Source: an uncultured Methanoregulaceae archaeon (GTDB taxonomy: Archaea > Halobacteriota > Methanomicrobia > Methanomicrobiales > Methanospirillaceae). From it: a DNA stretch of 64,000 nt. The first letter of the stretch is position 1. Each line of letters begins with the position of its first letter. Under the pieces are notes generated by a model. The model was not told the DNA's origin and did not search any database. It saw nothing but the letters and a program-made list of their open reading frames with translations. The position numbers were made by a program, and so were the translations under genes. Of this stretch, positions 60,549 to 64,000 are shown in pieces. Location: the NCBI GenBank assembly GCA_963806845.1, contig CAWDZO010000021.1, positions 136,045 through 200,044 on the forward strand, given 5' to 3'.

Positions 60549-61188
60549 TTATTAAAAAAATTGATTCAAAGAACAAAAGAGGCCCAAAGCGCACCAAAAG
60601 CCGCGATTATCAGTACAAAAAAACACCCTTATTCCAGGCCCACACCTTTTTGCCATCCAGAACGCTTACGGGTAGCATATTGAAAGCGGCAATCATCGCA
60701 TTGACCTGAAGCCCAATCATACCGATCGGGATAATGTTACCATAAAGTGACTGCCCACCGCCAGTATAGATCAACAACCCGGCAAATGGGATGCAAAGCA
60801 GAAGATTAACGATGGGTCCTGCAGCAGAAATCTTCCCGTTCTGTTCCCGGCTAATGCCACGGCCGGTTGTATCATATATGACTGTTGCACCAGGAGCGGC
60901 AAAGACAACTCCCACAAGAGCGGCAAGTGCTACTGCAACGACCAGCATAATATTATCCTTGCGGAATTCTGCCCAGAAACCATATTTTATTGCGGTAAAT
61001 TTATGGGCCATCTCATGGAGTATAAACCCAATTCCAACAGTAAACAGGGATAGGGCGAGAAATATCAGGGCAATAACCGGGTCTGCCCGACCGAGCTCGC
61101 GGATAAAAATAATTGCAAAAGCAAGAGAGATTGCGATCCAGGCAATGAAAAGATCAAATTCTTCACGTCGGGATATGCGTTCGAGCAT
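60549..61188 (-). CDS. Site-2 (M50) membrane metalloprotease
   Basis: HEMAH, AAGP..N, FNMLP...LDG. Confidence 0.92.
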
Positions 61189-61287
61189 AAAAACCACCTG
61201 ATTAAATAGGGTGTTTATCTGTTATCTGCTTTGGTGTTGAGGATGCCAATGATTATGTTTATTAAAAATCTCGGACATGTACATCAT

Positions 61288-61573
61288 ATGTCCCTCGAGA
61301 AGATACGAGCAGATATTACTAAAGGTGACAAGGAGATTATCCGTCTCATCGCACAACGGCAGGACTATGCCAGAAAAATTGCTAAGATCAAGATTCATGA
61401 AGGGATTCCTGTCCATGATGAACACCGGACCGCTGAGGTGCTTGAATCTGTCTTTGAACAGGCAGTTGAATATAAAATTGATCCCGTGGCAGTTCAGAAA
61501 ATTTTTGAAATTCTCATCGCCATGAGTGAGGACCGGCAGCGGGGATTTTTCCGGAGAGGGAAATCTTCCCTGA
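61288..61573 (+). CDS. Chorismate mutase type II
   Basis: LEKIRADI...D.EIIRLIAQR...IAKIK...D..R...IF..LI..S...Q. Confidence 0.88.
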
Positions 61574-62606
61574 TTCTGCTTTTTTAAAAAATGGTTTCGC
61601 TCGAACGTGAGTGCGTCACAGGAAATCCGGCAGGGTCCGTCATTCTGGGTATCCGGGGGGTTGTGCTCCCGTAAGTGTTTGCGCCAATCCGAAATTGATC
61701 CCCCTTGTAAAATTCAAAGCCTGTTTTAAGGCTGTATGTCACCCCCCAAATATAGGTCATTTCCCCCTCAAAAAAAGGAGTTAACTCCAATCGGAAAAAC
61801 CCCTAATCCGGGCATTTTACGGGCTTTGATTTCTGTATCTCTCCAAAATGGGCTCCGTTTAGGTGTAAATGATCCCCTGTTCGATCGAAAACTCCTGGAT
61901 TATTTGCATGAACAGGGGGTCTGGAGTATGTCAGACAAAGCCAGGAACCGGGCAGTTTCCCTGTTCCGGGAGATACACTATTCTGAGCCCCATACGGGCT
62001 CCGATTGCCATTTTCCTGATCCTGTTTTCGGGTTTTTTGGAAGTGGTGTCCACCGCTATAGAGAATACTGTTTTAAATGGCTTATTTCTCCAAAATAACC
62101 CATTTAATCGCGATTTGAGCCTGCAATTTAGCGGTCTTTTTCGGGCATCTTTTTTTGGCACATAGTTACTTGGTTTTTTTGAGAGATATGCTGCAGGATG
62201 CCCTGCTATTGTCCGCTATTGCGATCACGTCGGAGAATTTGGGGTTTTGGGGGGTTTTTGCGTGGTTGGGAATATTTCCGGTTTGCGGGGGGAGTGCGTG
62301 TACATATTTTTCCAAAAAATAGTGTCCCCAGTCCACCGCACTCTGGATTGCCACATGGAGATCCCAGAAAGTATAGGTTTCAGGAACCCGAATCCTCCGC
62401 CAGATCCCCCATCAAAGCAATCTTAAACGGGTATACCTGGTTATCCATTTTTTTCATTACTCTGACACCATTTTGACTTATTTTATCGGTCTATTTATCC
62501 TAATACTGTTAAACGATTCCATTATTTCTGGTTACGAGCGATTCCGATACCGGGAATGCCTGGTTCTCAGGTAGAGAATAGTTGAACAGGATTTTTTATG
62601 AGTGAT

Positions 62607-64000
62607 TTACCCCATCCACCCGAGAAGGATAACTGCCCCGAGGGCTACCAGTATCACACCGATAACCATTCTGAGCGTCCGCTTGTACTCTGCCCTCATG
62701 CTGTCAGCCCGTTCCGGGGATATGCCATACGCAACGAGAAGGGTGATCAGGATAAGGGGAAGGACATAGACAAGGTTGTACAGTACAAGCCATGGCAACC
62801 CGGACATTACGGTCATCTCCCTGCCCATGAGACCGAGTATGCTGATATAGATGCCCCCGGTGCAGGAAAAGCCGAGGATTCCGGCAAGGATCCCCAGGAC
62901 AAATGCTGCGGGAAGCGATGCGATGCGGATATAGTTCCCGAGCAGTCCTTTCTGCGATTCCGGTATGGACAGGATAAAGGTCTCCTTGTTCCGGAGCACA
63001 TCGGCGATCGTTATGATCCCCAGAAGAAGAGCAACTGCCCCCCCGATAAGAGCGAAAGTCCGTGAGAATCCGGAAAGGGAGAACACCGAGAAAAGCCCGA
63101 TTCCTACGAGAAGATGAAACAGGAACATCGCGGTGATATAGGCACCACCGACAAGCAGGATGCGCCTCCTGCTCCCGGCAGCAGCCATCGGGATCAACAG
63201 GAAGACCAGCACGGACAAACCGCAGGGATTGGCACTGTCAACTATAGCTGCGAAGATGACCAGCGGCAGGCTGAGTTGCGGGGATTCCTGCGTGCAGGTG
63301 GGATCCTTTATCTGGTGTTACCGGTTGGGCAGTACCATTACAGGACGCGAGCCGCTCTTTCTCGGCAAGGATGGTTGATTCAAACCGGTTTGTAATCTCA
63401 ACATCGCCGATCATTGCAGTAGTTCCGATAAAGATTGTCGGGAACTCCGGGACTGCTGATACCGTACTGCCGGCTCATTTCGTGCAAAAGTCTCCTGGTT
63501 TGTCAGCATTGTTGTAGACCTCAAGCCGGATATTCAGTTCAGGATACTTCACCTTTAAATCAGCAATAAGGGGTTTTACCTTTTCACAATGGCTGCACCC
63601 GTCACCATAAAAAAAAAATGCGCTGATGGTCGCATTTGGGGATGTAACATTTGAAGGGAGAGGGGTGTCTTTTTTAATTCCGTTTCATCAGTTACTGCTT
63701 TTTTTTTAATTGCTCGAGAATGACACCTTCGAGTTCTGCAGGAATAGCACGATCGCCGATCAGGGGAGTATTATTCCCGACCACAATTACCTCAGGGACA
63801 CCGGCACTTTGGAATCCCGAGTTTCTGGTGCAGCGATACGGAGAGTGCCTGGTTGGTCTCGTTATGCCAGGTTTCAAGGATCTGGAAATCCACATCCGGA
63901 TATTTTTTTGAGAGATTCTGGATAAACGGCATCACGTTATGGCAATGCGGGCATTCTTCCCCGTAAAAGAAATAGACAGTAACATTACCCTGAACTGAAG
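62607..64000 (-). CDS. Thioredoxin-like domain(s) + CcdA/DsbD-type membrane domain (5' end outside window; frameshifted)
   Basis: FFYGEECPHC and FFYGDGCSHC redoxin domains; DSANPC and FSCTGG.Y TM cysteines. Confidence 0.8.

Noticed and set aside
62607-63300. Evidence for c-type cytochrome maturation
   Set aside because: No ccm genes in the window. The CPHCH in the redoxin domain is a thioredoxin-type active site rather than a supported heme site, so CcdA more likely serves general extracytoplasmic disulfide reduction.

Overview
Chromosomal segment of a methanogenic archaeon. The A1AO ATP synthase operon H-I-K-E-C-F-A-B-D, CoM/CoB-type fumarate reductase TfrAB, thermosome, LonB, Lsm-rpl37e and NrpRII point to Methanomicrobiales, probably Methanoregula-like (inference). 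About 45 kb is core housekeeping: lysS, pgk, the atp operon, tldD/E, lonB, prs, nob1, purF, purM, aspartate kinase, tRNA-Ser(CGA) and initiator tRNA-Met. Many genes, including essential ones, are broken by single-base indels, most likely uncorrected long-read errors, so coordinates of frameshifted genes are approximate. The notable part is an AT-richer surface-protein island (~45.6-56.9 kb) lying between oxidative-stress genes. It contains a co-oriented four-gene cluster: a TasA-like pilin, a SipW-type signal peptidase, a six-blade beta-propeller protein and a TasA-fold protein with a C-terminal membrane domain. The propeller protein carries the same N-terminal segment as the pilin (YF.S.Q..GP.L.ST), and the membrane-bound protein lacks it. 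This reads as a complete donor-strand-exchange pilus (tip adhesin, shaft, membrane base, dedicated peptidase) in a methanogen. It is followed by a secreted propeller-PEGA-HExxH metallopeptidase. No CRISPR array, rRNA or transposase was seen.
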